A DNA stretch of 63,586 nucleotides, filler included, from Collodictyon triciliatum (lineage: Eukaryota), in NCBI GenBank assembly GCA_043381765.1. It is 20 parts of 20 records of this genome, joined end to end, with 100 filler letters (N's around TTAATTAATTAA, not from the genome) between each part and the next. Parts side by side here need not be neighbours in the genome. Positions count along the whole stretch, not along the records: positions 52,434 to 55,603 come from JBHJMP010007689.1; positions 55,704 to 58,873 come from JBHJMP010007690.1; positions 58,974 to 62,141 come from JBHJMP010007691.1; positions 62,242 to 63,586 come from JBHJMP010007713.1; 16 more parts are not named here. One strand, written 5' to 3'. Below, in pieces: positions 52,334-63,586 of the stretch. The notes beneath the pieces were generated by a model. The model saw only the letters and a list, made by a program, of their open reading frames with translations. It did not search any database and was not told where the DNA came from. How positions within the stretch are numbered: position 1 is the first letter of the stretch; each line of letters begins with the position of its first letter. Made by a program: the position numbers and the translations under genes.

Positions 52334-55300
52334 NNNNNNNNNNNNNNNNNNNNNNNNNNNNNNNNNNNNNNNNNNNNTTAATTAATTAANNNNNNNNNNN
52401 NNNNNNNNNNNNNNNNNNNNNNNNNNNNNNNNNTCTTTTCTTTTCTTTTCTTTTCTTTTCTTTTCTTTTCTTTTCTTTTCTTTTCTTTTCTTTTCTTTTC
52501 TTTTCTTTTCTTTTCTTTTCTTTTCTTTGTTTCTTTCTTTTCTTTCTTTTTTCTTTCTTTTCTTTCTTTCTTTTTCTTTTTTCTTTTTTCTTTTTTCTTT
52601 TTTCTTTTTTCTTTCTTTCTTGCATCTGTCATTATTATTCAAACTTGGAACCAGAAAATAGGATATTTCAATTATTTTTTTTTATTAAATGTTTTTACTT
52701 TGTTATTCATCCGCAGTAATATTAAAACCTATTAGATTCATTTCGAGATTTGGAAATCATTTCGTTGGGGGGAAACAGCCGGCCAGAAAGTTTTCAAGCT
52801 TCAAAAAATCTCTTCCTGGCATATATCAGAAATTCCCAGAGTTTATTTTTCAAGACTTATTGAGTTGTCTGGAGGTGTGAACACAGCAAATCTATTTCAT
52901 AATGTCATTTCATTTATTCCCATTCAAAGATATTTAATCACTATTTCTAACTTTTGAGCGCACAACTGAACATTTTGATAATTTTTTTCAATATCATAAA
53001 GGAAGTAGAGAGGCCTGGATGGATTTATTTTGTCGCTTCGGAGTCACTTTCTGAACTCATGGATACAGATGAATTCAGCACTCAATTGTGTAATTGTAAT
53101 TTAACCAAGTTATCTTTATTTACCTTGATGTGGAATGAATAACATTCCTAGATAAATAATTCAAAATCTGGAACGACGTTTCATCCATTTCGTATTCTAT
53201 TAAAGTGATATGGAACAACGCATTCAGCTACGAATTCCTTGCCTAAGCAAGATGGAGAGCCAGGTAGCGACCTTGCTGCAGTGGGATTGGCACTTAAACC
53301 GAAGAAGCCAGGTTTTTTGAATCATATAAAATATTTTCCCTTTTTCTTCTCTTTTTCTTCTCTTTTTCTTCTCTTTTTCTTCTCTTTTTCTTCTTTTCCT
53401 CTCTGTTTCTATTTCAACTTCATCAAAACACTAAATAAGCGTCTGAAAAGACACCCCATCTATTTTTGCGAGTGGTTCAAAGTCAAGGAGAAAAAGTGTA
53501 CAACCTTTACCCTTTAGGACACCACCCAGAAAGTAAGCCAGTTCATTAGAACCTTGGCCACAATATGCAAGAATGCGTTTTATTATGCAAAGTTCGTTCT
53601 TTTTTTTTTCTTTCTCATCCTCTGTTTGTTAATTGGACAAGGAATATCTAACATATTCGGTTACAATTCAAAACACAGGTGGTGGAGGAGAAGGACGAAG
53701 AAAAGAGCGGAGATTGAAATTTCTGTGCAACCTATCGAATGCTTAATGAAACACTCTGTGGATCCGTTCTGTCCTATTTTTGGTCTGAATAGATGTCCTA
53801 TACCTTTAAAATAAACGGATATCTCAAACACAATAAACTCCGTTTACTATTGAAATCGCTCTGACGAATATTTTTCTACTGACAGACCTCCGCAGCATGG
53901 CATGCTTAAAAACACTTTTAGTTAAGGTGAACACAATTACCATCATTAAGTTCTTGAGAATTTCATTCAATTTTCGTATTTTAGATAGTTCTCCCATAAA
54001 AAAAAAAAAATAATCAACCACATGCTCCATTATATTCACAATTATTTCTTTGGGGGAAAAATACATTCAGGCTGGCAGGGTCTTGGGCTCAGTGCCAGCC
54101 ATGAGAGATTCTCTACGCTCCATGGAATTTGTTGTTAAATTGCACAGGTCAGTTTTTTAGTGGATTTACTGGCTGTTTATAATCGCAATTATTATCTGTT
54201 TTCTAAGAATTTGCACCTCTTAATCCATCAAAAGCGGTCCTGCTGCGAACGATTGTCGGGTAATAATACAACGTGAAGGGGATTATTTCTTTGCATACCC
54301 CCGCCATCGCCCGGCAGAATCTGGCGAGAAGCCGTCAGCTAGTCTACATAGTCAACATATTGCAGGGCAAGCTGAAAAAAAGCGTCAGTCACCCATGGCT
54401 TTCGCACAAGACGAAGAGCTCCAAAAGCTCATCTCCATTTTGTTTTCTTTTCTTAAATTTATGCAAAAGACTAATGTAAGGTTTCAGTCAACACCAACCA
54501 CCCCATGAACCAAATTGCGTGAGCCCATATCCAGTTGCCCGCAGTGGCCAGCGCGTGTTAATAGCTGCATTTTACTCCAGAATAAATAAGCATGAGCAGA
54601 TAGATGTATTTGTTGACCAGCAACCTTTATTGTATTTTATTTGAAATATTTGCTGCACCTTTATATACATCTATATTGAAGAAGGGGCGGATGCATCCAG
54701 TTCATGCTGTCGATGACGTTTCCTTTCTACTTGATGCAGCTTGTCTAACCAGAAGTGCGCTTTAGCTAACAAGTAAAAGACATGCATTCTGATATAAAAC
54801 GCACAATCGATGGTAAATACAAATCGGTTCTGAATATCCTTGGAGTCGTGCTTCTCTGCCAACAGCCGATAACGCCCTCCAATCCGCCTCCTTTTCTTTC
54901 CTTGCGGGTTTATTGGGATACGCACAAACCATATCCTGTTTTGACAGCCCGCTCTTTCGTCATTTTCTAGCAGCAGAATACGCAAGAATACAGATAGGTA
55001 AAAAAAAAAAAAAAGTAATAAAAGAAGGATCTTCCATGGTGATCATTCTTTCCTACAGCTTTGAATAAAACATGTCTCAAGCAAGAATCATCTACTGCTA
55101 ATCTCATGTCTATATTATATTGTCTTTGCTTCTTTGCCCGCTGGTCACCGGCTGGCTGGGCTTTCGCTTCTCTGCTCCCAGTCTGTGGGCGTTTGAGCGA
55201 TTTTATGCAGAGTTAAAAAAAAAAAGGTGACCTTTCTTAACGCGAAGTCGGTTACGCAGGTCGAAGGGCGAAGAAAGAAGGAAGAAGGAAGAAGGAAGAA

Positions 55301-55336
55301 GAAAGAAGAAAGAAGGAAGAAGGAAGAAGGACTACG

Positions 55337-55467
55337 ATGGCCGAAAATACTGCGCTGCTGCAGACATATCCGAATCTCCATGTGCTGCCCCAGACTCGAC
55401 AGATCGAGGGTCTTTTGACAATTATTCGTGACCGCGAGACAGAGAGGGAGGACTTCATTTTCTACAG
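55337..55467 (+). CDS. Uracil phosphoribosyltransferase (FUR1/UPRT-like), first exon
   Basis: MAENTALLQTYPNLHVLPQTRQIEGLLTIIRDRETEREDFIFY matches the eukaryotic UPRT N-terminus (LPQT.Q..GL.TIIR...T.R.DFIFYSDR). Confidence 0.85.
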
Positions 55468-56055
55468 GCAGGTTTTTTAACCTCGAAACCAACATACAAC
55501 CCCCTTTCTCTTTCTCTTTCTCTTTCTCTTTCTCTTTCTCTTTCTCTTTCTCTTTCTCTTTCTCTTTCTCTTTCTCTTTCTCTTTCTCTTTCTCTTTCTC
55601 TTTNNNNNNNNNNNNNNNNNNNNNNNNNNNNNNNNNNNNNNNNNNNNTTAATTAATTAANNNNNNNNNNNNNNNNNNNNNNNNNNNNNNNNNNNNNNNNN
55701 NNNTTTTGTTTTTGTTTTTGTTTTTGTTTTTGTTTTTGTTTTTGTTTTTGTTTTTGTTTTTGTTTTTGTTTTTGTTTTTGTTTTTTAGCTTAGAGACGAT
55801 TTAAAAAAAAGTAAAAACGTCGTGCAAAAAATTCTGCTCTATCCAACATATTGAATTTATATTTTTTTTTTTTTTGAAATGACAGTTATTGACGCGAGTT
55901 CCATTAGAATTCATGGATATTGAACAAAATGGTCAATAATCACTGGATAATTGGCCAGCTGGTGCCAAAATTTGGCGGGATTCTTTGCTCAAAGTAACGA
56001 TTTCTCCCTGGTGCTAAGGCTAAATCAGCTGTTAATAGCAGTTTATATCATGTAT

Positions 56056-56137
56056 TAGTCACTATACTTGTTTTTTTTTTATTCTTCCTTTCAATTTTGT
56101 GCAGGATGGTGAAGATGTTGTAGTCACTATACTTGTT
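56056..56137 (-). mobile_element. About 50-bp 5'-truncated LINE insertion with 15-17 bp TSD
   Basis: TAGTCACTATACTTG at 56056-56070 and 56121-56135 flanks poly(T) plus ATTCTTCCTTTCAATTTTGTGCAGGATGGTGA, the reverse complement of the LINE 3' end. Confidence 0.9.
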
Positions 56138-56830
56138 ATTGTCAAGAATTTATTGGCTCATATCATAGCCCAGCTAGCTTTCTTATTATTCTATAGCCAA
56201 ATGTCAAAGCTAAAGCTTTAATAATGAGTGTGCTCTATCGGTTTTAATTAAGACGGCAAACAATTCTTTACGCTATATAATGGGATTATGATGTATTTAT
56301 TGGTAATATTACAAGGCGTTCAGAGCAAGCATATAAATATGTCGGTTACTGGAGTCCGTGGCTTTGGGGATTGTATCATATTTCAAATGTGACGCTCTGT
56401 ATAACACTTCACAAATCCACTGCAGGCAAAAATTATTAGACAAATTATTACGACGAAATACTGACAAAGAACATAAAGCGAGGGACACATTGGATATCTG
56501 ATAAAGCTCTTCGTATATAATCGCATATAAGTTCATATTTATATCAATCAATTATTCAACCAATTGACCGACTTTTCAACCAATGTTCAAACAAAAAATG
56601 TGGTTCCAATATTATTTTATGGGTTTCCTTTAGTCAATTCGATATGTGATTGATTTAAGCCACTCAAAGGACAAAAGAATTATTTACTTAATGAAATCAT
56701 TTTATGTATATTTCGAAAATTATATTATTTTTATCCGTCCTCGTATTTATAATAATGCAATAAAATATCGATAACACCATTTTTCAATAACTCAATATCA
56801 TACATTCATAATTTAGGATATATTTTAAAA

Positions 56831-58845
56831 ATGACCACACGCACCCAAGAAAACAAGCCGCGTATCTCACTGGTGTCTGATGAGTCGTCTGGTCCAAAGG
56901 ATTCTAACAACAACGCTTGGGCTGAAGTCATCTTTCTTATTTAATTTACTGAATTAGTCTTACATAGAGCGGTTCCATTCATAATCGACTTGAATACTAG
57001 ATGTTTTCATTCAATATATTAATTAATAGCTAAGACTTCATGGAGCTATCATTCGATTTACGTCATGCAGCAAGTAGATATTAATGAAACATAAATGCTT
57101 AAATGCAGGTGGAAATAAGAAATGGAGTAAGGAGAACCATTTCCCTACGAAATTCGATTCTGCTTCTTTCGTTTTTTTCTGTGGTTTCTGTTGCTCTAGT
57201 GAGCGTGGTTCCGTCGTATACGTTTGGTTTTTCGGTATAGGCATTAATCAGTTATTTAAAATTGTACTTGTTTTTTTATGTAAATTGATGGATCTAGTCG
57301 CTCTAATTTTTTTGAACTTTAATTAAAAAATATGTGTTTTACGATATAGTCCGTCAATGATTTGTCTGATCAATTACAAACACAGGTAAAAAACCTTTCT
57401 TATTAAACCTTAAATATTACAAAGTGTAGTTTTTTAACAAATGTATAAATCAGACAGTCAGCCGTATTCGGCAAGATATACAAGCGTTATTGGATAGTCC
57501 ACATGAGCTTTTAAGGGGGTTTGAACCAGGTCTATTTCAAATGGACCTGAAGAATAATGGACTAAAGTGTGATAACTTTGCGGCACGCTTAATGAATTTC
57601 GGTCTTGTAGAGGTTTGAATTTATTTCCATGTTATCCTTTATTTGAACAATTATTGGTTCACATATCCTTGTGTATTAAATATGTATTTCAGAAATCACC
57701 ATATCTTTCTCAAGCCATGCTTGGAACTGAGGATGGTAGCATATTGGGTATACCTTTCATATATTGTAGCATTAGATAAAACAGTTTTTTTAATATAACT
57801 AAAATCTAACTTATTTGGTAAATAATTATGAAAATATGTAATAGTTTATTATGACGATCGGGCTTCAAAAGTGTTGATGTGCTCAGCTCCTGAGACGAAT
57901 TATGAACTTTGGGGAGCACTCATTGCCAGAGCCTCGATAATGACACCTTTTAGTGAACTTAATATAAGCAATTCGTTTCTTAGACTCAACGCTACAAAAT
58001 TCCCATGGTAATAATTCAACATTAGGCCAACTAATACCAATCGCAAATTCTACTAATATTAATTTATGATTTGATAGATTAATTACACTAACAAAATGAT
58101 AATAGGTATTCAGAGACAAAAAGCAAGAAGAAAGCGACATGGGGACCTGTTTATGTTGCACCAACCGGAACATTTCTGCTTTTAGATGCTGGCAGACCAA
58201 TATTCGAAGACCATGAAGAAAGTAATTTGACCTTGCATAACTTCGATAAATAAATTTACAGATGAATTTCAAATATTAAACAGACTTGGTTTTGATATTT
58301 TTGAAAGTAGCTATATTTAACTAGAATTTGAAATAGAAAAATTTATAGGTGTTGCCAGTGTTGGTATGGCTTTAGGTTTAGTGAATCTAAAATTGGACAG
58401 TATAAAAATTAGTGATAATGGTGAAGCATACATTCTTCAAAAGGTAACCGATTATAAGCAAGGTTAATGAAATTTAGTATTATCATTCTGCAAAATAGTG
58501 AAACGATAATGAACTGAATAAAAAACTTAAAGGACGGGACAATAATCGCGAATACCCTGGGTGTCCCCTTTGTTAGTGATGATGCCAAAATGGTTCATTA
58601 TAAGGATTCCAAAAACCAACTCATGATTAAGTCCGCAGATGTAATATAGTTTTTTATAAATATAATCACATCTTAATGACAACTTATAGACTTCGATTAA
58701 ATAAAACTGCAGAAGCTGAAAAAATTGCCAGATGCAAGTTTCGAAGCTATCCAAGGAATAAAAACGTTTTCCATTTACAAAGGAGACGAAGAATATTTGA
58801 CATTTGCTACAACATTGGTCGATCCAAGGGGAGGGATAGAATGGG
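56831..58845 (+). CDS. Membrane receptor with a dCache-type extracellular sensor domain, 5' part, about 10 exons
   Basis: In-phase GT-AG exons give ISLRNSILLLSFFSVVSVALVSV (TM), SVNDLSDQLQTQ|..RIRQDIQALLDSPH, ATKFPWY..KKATWGPVY..LDAGRPIF..KFIGVASVGM.L..NLKLDSIKISDNGEAYILQK|DGTIIA..DSKNQL..DPRGGIEW. Confidence 0.8.
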
Positions 58846-59302
58846 TACATAATCAAATAAATATTTGCATAATNNNNNNNNNNNNNNNNNNNNNNNNNNN
58901 NNNNNNNNNNNNNNNNNTTAATTAATTAANNNNNNNNNNNNNNNNNNNNNNNNNNNNNNNNNNNNNNNNNNNNTGTTTTTTTTGTTTTGTTTTGTTTTGT
59001 TTTGTTTTGTTTTGTTTTGTTTTATTATGTTCAATTCAATTTTATGTGTTGGAGCTGTACAAAACTATATGTATACATGGTAATTTCTTCTTTCATACTT
59101 GTTGGATTTTATTTGTTAGATTTAAATTTTTCTGTAATTCTATTTTTGCTTATTTTTACTGTATTAAGTTTGTTTCTTCTTGGAGTCCTCAAAAAAGAAA
59201 ATGTATATGTGTTTGAAGTAATAAAGAAAAGGACTTGGGGAAGTTGTATGTAGATATTAATGTATTTGAATATTTGAATATGTGTGTTTGTGTTTGTATT
59301 TA

Positions 59303-61705
59303 CCTTCGGGTTGGTAAAGGGGCTTTCATCTCTCGCCTGCAGAATCATCTGAGTGAGTTTGAAAGGGAGCAAAACCCTGAGCTCCTTCTTTGATATTGTG
59401 TTGATGGGCAGATATTTCTCAGGGGGCATCGGATTCTGCGCAAATACAATGCGTATGGTCAGTACAATCCATCGAATTCACATGACCTTCCGATAATTAT
59501 TTCGTGTAGATAGTACATGTTTAAAATATTGAGAATAGAATAATCGAATGACAGAGCAATCAAATAATCATATCAATCTGGCGGAGAGTTTGGTACTTGA
59601 GTCTTAGAATTTGCGTTTGATATGCCCTGTCCATAAGGCCCCGCTCCAGTGCTTCCTACAGCCGTGGACCCGTTTGCTTGAAATGAAAGTGTAATTGGAT
59701 AGGGAAGCTTCCCAATACGGCCAGCGCATTGAGGTGTGTTTTCCTTTCTGTTGAAAATCGCTATGAGATTGTCGTTATCTCTGCAAACGGCTCCAACAGA
59801 ATCCTTATCGTTCAGTTCACCCAGGAGCTTTTCAGCGCAGAAGAAAACAATATTAGTGTATTAGCGGGTAGTTTACTTCTTTTATTTGATTTTTTTGAAA
59901 TGGATACATATCTGTGCTTTCTTAAAGGAAGCAGGAGACATCAAAGAAAAATTAAAAAAAAATGTGCCCTTTCGGATTGTAACATGTATTTCTGAACTTG
60001 GCTGTGTAGCTTAAGGTATATTGAATCTTATATCAGCTTACTCTGTGAACCAACCAGCATGAAGGTCGTTGGTCTTTTTCTGGGAATAGCTGGGCAATCT
60101 TCGCTCCACCATGGCCGCGTGCATATCTAGAAAGGATCTATCGATCCAGCACAACATTCGAGAAGAGAAGAGAAAAATGTAATGTATGATGTATGTGAGA
60201 CATAATCGCCATTAGTAATGGGCAAGTCAATATATTTGAATAAGTTAACGGGGAGAAGTACAAATCGAAATAGAAAATATAAAAATGAAAACCTCATTTT
60301 TGAGATATAGAATATTCTCCGACTCAGAGCACGGGACGATTATCGGAGTAGATACATTCGAATCTTTCTCATCAATGCCAACAGAAACGATTAGACGAAT
60401 TCTATGAGCATATTTTCCATTGGTAAACAAAAAAAATAATCAAAGAAATAAAACAGAAAAGAAAATGATAAAAGATAATGGCTACGTACAAAAACTATGT
60501 TTTTTCTTTGACATTATTGGAATATAAGTTGATGAAATATATGTATTCAGTGATCATAAGTTTCGTAGCCTCACTTTTGCTGAGGTAGTAATTCCTCGGC
60601 ATGGGTATGAGAATTTCCTTGTGCGGTCGTGGGGTTATGGATGTGTGCGTGTCCGTACTCCGTGGTGGGGTTTGAGCTTTGTTGTGATGGGTATGACATT
60701 TGGGATGGATTAAGGTGCTGGGCATGCGTTTGTGATTGGGATTGTGTATTAGACGCGGTCATGCTTGGAAGATAACCTGCCACAGAAATGGGGATGATAA
60801 ATATATATACTGTTGTGATGTGATACACTCCCAACTATTTTACAGTATGGTCACTATCGATATAACGGTGGGTGTGGTATGAAAATACAGAAATGCAATA
60901 AGTCTTTCATCCGGTCATCTACCTGACGAGGCTCCGTGGTTATGACTCTGGTGAATGGAAGGCTGCATCGCTGCAAGGTTATGGCTATGGTTGTGGCCAT
61001 GATTATGGCTATGATTGTGGCTATGACTACTACTCTGAGATGTCGAAAGAGAATGTGGAACAGCGTGTGCTTGATGGCCTTGGTGACTTTGGTGAGGAAG
61101 CGAGTGAGATTGGTAGGGTTGATGATGCTGATGAGATATATGAGTTTGGTGGGTTTGGTGGGTTTGGTGGGTTTGGTGGGTTTGGTGGGTTTGGTGGGTT
61201 TGGTGGGTTTGGTGGGTTTGGTGGGTTTGGTGATTTAAATGGCCCAGATGAGAATGATGGGGTTGATGGGCAAGGTTATGGGATGCTCTCAACGCATCAG
61301 CAGACCCCAACGAATGAGATTGGTTTTGCATCTGCATCTGCATCTGTGTGTGAGTTTGGGCGTGTGGATGGCTCTGAGTGATGTTGTGAGATATTGTCTG
61401 CTGCGAGTGCGGCTGTTGTTGCTGATGGAACATCTGCTGATAACCTGTCTGGTACTGTTGCTGTTGATGATGGTGGTGTTGGTGTGTGCTTTGTGTCAGT
61501 TGTGGACTTTGTCTAGCCTGGAAGCCGCTGTCGAACGGGGAATGCATATCGAGTGGTGCTGAGAGATGCGCCCTGCTGTTTGCTGATGAAGCAGACGCCG
61601 CGCCTGTGATCGGACTCTTTTGTTGCATGCCATAGTGCCCTGATCCAAGGGGATTTCCTAGCGAACCGGAGCCTTTCATTCTGTTTCTGTGCTGCTTTAA
61701 GTCGA
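59303..61705 (-). CDS. His/Gln-rich protein with possible ubiquitin-like and helix-hairpin-helix domains, partial
   Basis: Large exon with H/Q/S low complexity. Downstream exons include GELNDKDSVGAVCRDNDNLIAIF and LPINTISKKELRVLLPFKLTQMILQARDESPFTNP (HhH_3/ComEA-like). Confidence 0.6.
61144..61233 (+). repeat. Coding 9-bp tandem repeat (GGTGGGTTT)n encoding (QTH)n on the minus strand
   Basis: In-frame repeat inside the His/Gln-rich exon. Confidence 0.9.
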
Positions 61706-62352
61706 CCTAAGCAAACGTGATGTATTAGATCAAAAGAAGCAAAACACACAGGGGAGAGAGCACCAAAAGAGAAAGTCATTTCAAAACAGATCGGGTTTTC
61801 AGAGATGTGCAAGGAAGAATGTGTCTTTTCGAAGAGGCAGATGAGAGTTTTTGCAATGCGGAGGACGCAAACGGAGGCACCTGGAATAACCCCATAACGC
61901 TCAGAATGACCATGAAAAAGTGACTTGGGCAAAGGGCAAAGAAACGGAGTGGGATCGAGTTTCCTCATATGGTGATTACAACAGGCTCATTCCTTCTACT
62001 GTAGTTTTGTTTTTCTTTTTCTTATTGTTTTTCTTTTTCTTTTTGTTTTTGTTTTTGTTTTTGTTTTTGTTTTTGTTTTTGTTTTTGTTTTTGTTTTTGT
62101 TTTTGTTTTTGTTTTTGTTTTTGTTTTTGTTTTTGTTTTTGNNNNNNNNNNNNNNNNNNNNNNNNNNNNNNNNNNNNNNNNNNNNTTAATTAATTAANNN
62201 NNNNNNNNNNNNNNNNNNNNNNNNNNNNNNNNNNNNNNNNNGGGGGTCCCTTTATTGATTCAAGGAAACTTTATTGAACAACTTCCCCAAGCATTTTATC
62301 AGCCATGATATTTTGACGTGGTTTGTGTAATTTAAGTTCTGAGTCACAAACC

Positions 62353-63301
62353 TGAAAGTAATGAACCATGCCGCTATCATCTCCAGAAATAAGCCACACA
62401 TCATCATGACTCCAGACCATGGACCGAATTGGATGTTTATGGGCATCTAGAATGGTTTCGAATTTGAAGGTAAGGCCATCCCACAGCGTGAATTCTCCCT
62501 TGCAGGAGCCCGTAACGAGCCTTCTCCCATCTGGAATCCACTATTTTTTTTAATGAAAAGTATATGTTTTAATGAATTTATTACAATTAAAAAATTGTTC
62601 AGTTTTTTCATCTTTTGTTGTTAGGAAAATTTGATAACAAACACTCTATTGCTCTTAATGGGGGGTATATTGTATAGCAGTAATATGAAACCAACCGAAA
62701 CGCAATTGATAGACGAAGAGTCTTTGTTACTGACAACTTGGTAGAATTTTGTTGGGAAACTCATATATCCTGTTTCTTTGTGCGCGACTGGAGGGAGTGC
62801 CTAAACAAAAGGATTTATAATGAGATACTCTATTTAGGAATGAGCGAAACTTCCTGCATAACCCCAAACTTCGTCCATGTTTCGTTTGATTCGTGTGGAT
62901 AAGAGTCTTACCTCCATTACATACAAAGAGGATGGTTGGGAAAAGGGGTATTCCTTGTGGTTGCGATAGAAAGTCCTCAGCTACAATAAATATTTTGAAC
63001 GGAATTGGAAAAAAAGAACCGGATGGCAACATGTACGCTAACTTATATTTGGATTTTTGCATTGATACGGGTAAGTCTTATTATTTTTTATAAGGAAACG
63101 AAAAAAATAAACTTAAATTGCATATCCATTGAAGAAACAATCAAATAATTACTAGGTAAATATTACCTCAAGATATCGAACCATGTGTGCGGAATAGTCA
63201 AGGACCTTTCGAGAAACTGCCTTTCGAATGCGCTTTCCATCAAAAGCTGTTTTCTCTCTGGAATTAGCGTTGGAGTTATCATCGAATGACGAGTTATTCA
63301 T
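62353..63301 (-). CDS. WDR33: WDR33/Pfs2/FY polyadenylation factor, 5' part
   Basis: [29 protein letters not shown] and [51 protein letters not shown] are diagnostic WDR33 motifs. Confidence 0.93.
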
Positions 63302-63489
63302 CTGAGATAGTGTAAATAAATGGTCTTAATATGAGACATCCCCTTGAGAATATGTACATTTTTGTTAAAAGCAAGTTTTTTAAATCAGTCACAAAAAGAA
63401 AGCCCCATGTGCATTTTTCTTTAAAAAAAAAATTGATTTAAGGACAGCGTCTGGTCCGTAGTTTCATGATAAGTCTTAGTTTTTTTGTT

Positions 63490-63586
63490 TTTGGGTTTTT
63501 TGGGTTTTTTGGGTTTTTTGGGTTTTTTGGGTTTTTTGGGTTTTTTGGGTTTTTTGGGTTTTTTGGGTTTTTTGGGTTTTTTGGGT
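63490..63586 (+). repeat. (TTTTTTGGG)n tandem repeat at window end
   Basis: About 10 copies of a T6G3 unit. Confidence 0.9.

Noticed and set aside
61144-61233. G-rich repeat as an interstitial telomere or plus-strand FGG-repeat ORF
   Set aside because: It is explained as in-frame (QTH)n codons in the minus-strand His/Gln-rich exon.
63490-63586. (T6G3)n as a telomere
   Set aside because: It grades out of a TTTTTG-type SSR, similar T-rich SSRs end most contigs, and it lies under 200 bp from the WDR33 start. It cannot be fully excluded without genome-wide counts.

Overview
This is eukaryotic DNA, probably from an AT-rich, intron-rich protist. It is not a continuous locus. It is 20 unplaced contigs of about 3.17-3.2 kb (the last is partial), joined by an artificial N44-TTAATTAATTAA-N44 linker, so neighbours across a linker are not really adjacent. 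Most contigs hold partial spliced host genes: Calx-beta protein, YABBY/HMG-like microprotein, exportin-4, PRP39, ABHD4/5 hydrolase, EML, an LRR protein, TMEM144, WDR27, a WH2 protein, an HPP transporter, UPRT, a dCache receptor and WDR33. The most notable contig is 45892-49062, an intronless, tightly packed virus-like block. It encodes a Polinton-like-virus-type major capsid protein split by a homopolymer frameshift, plus small structural-type ORFs, two of which share an upstream motif. Other highlights are a WWE-PARP with substituted catalytic residues, a TPR-pentapeptide-hypervariable WD40-SEL1-like putative immune receptor, a nested LINE/LTR-like cluster, two families of very short retro-insertions with target-site duplications, and an intron bounded by a 13-bp direct repeat. 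Family assignments come from manual translation and motif recognition. No database searches were run.
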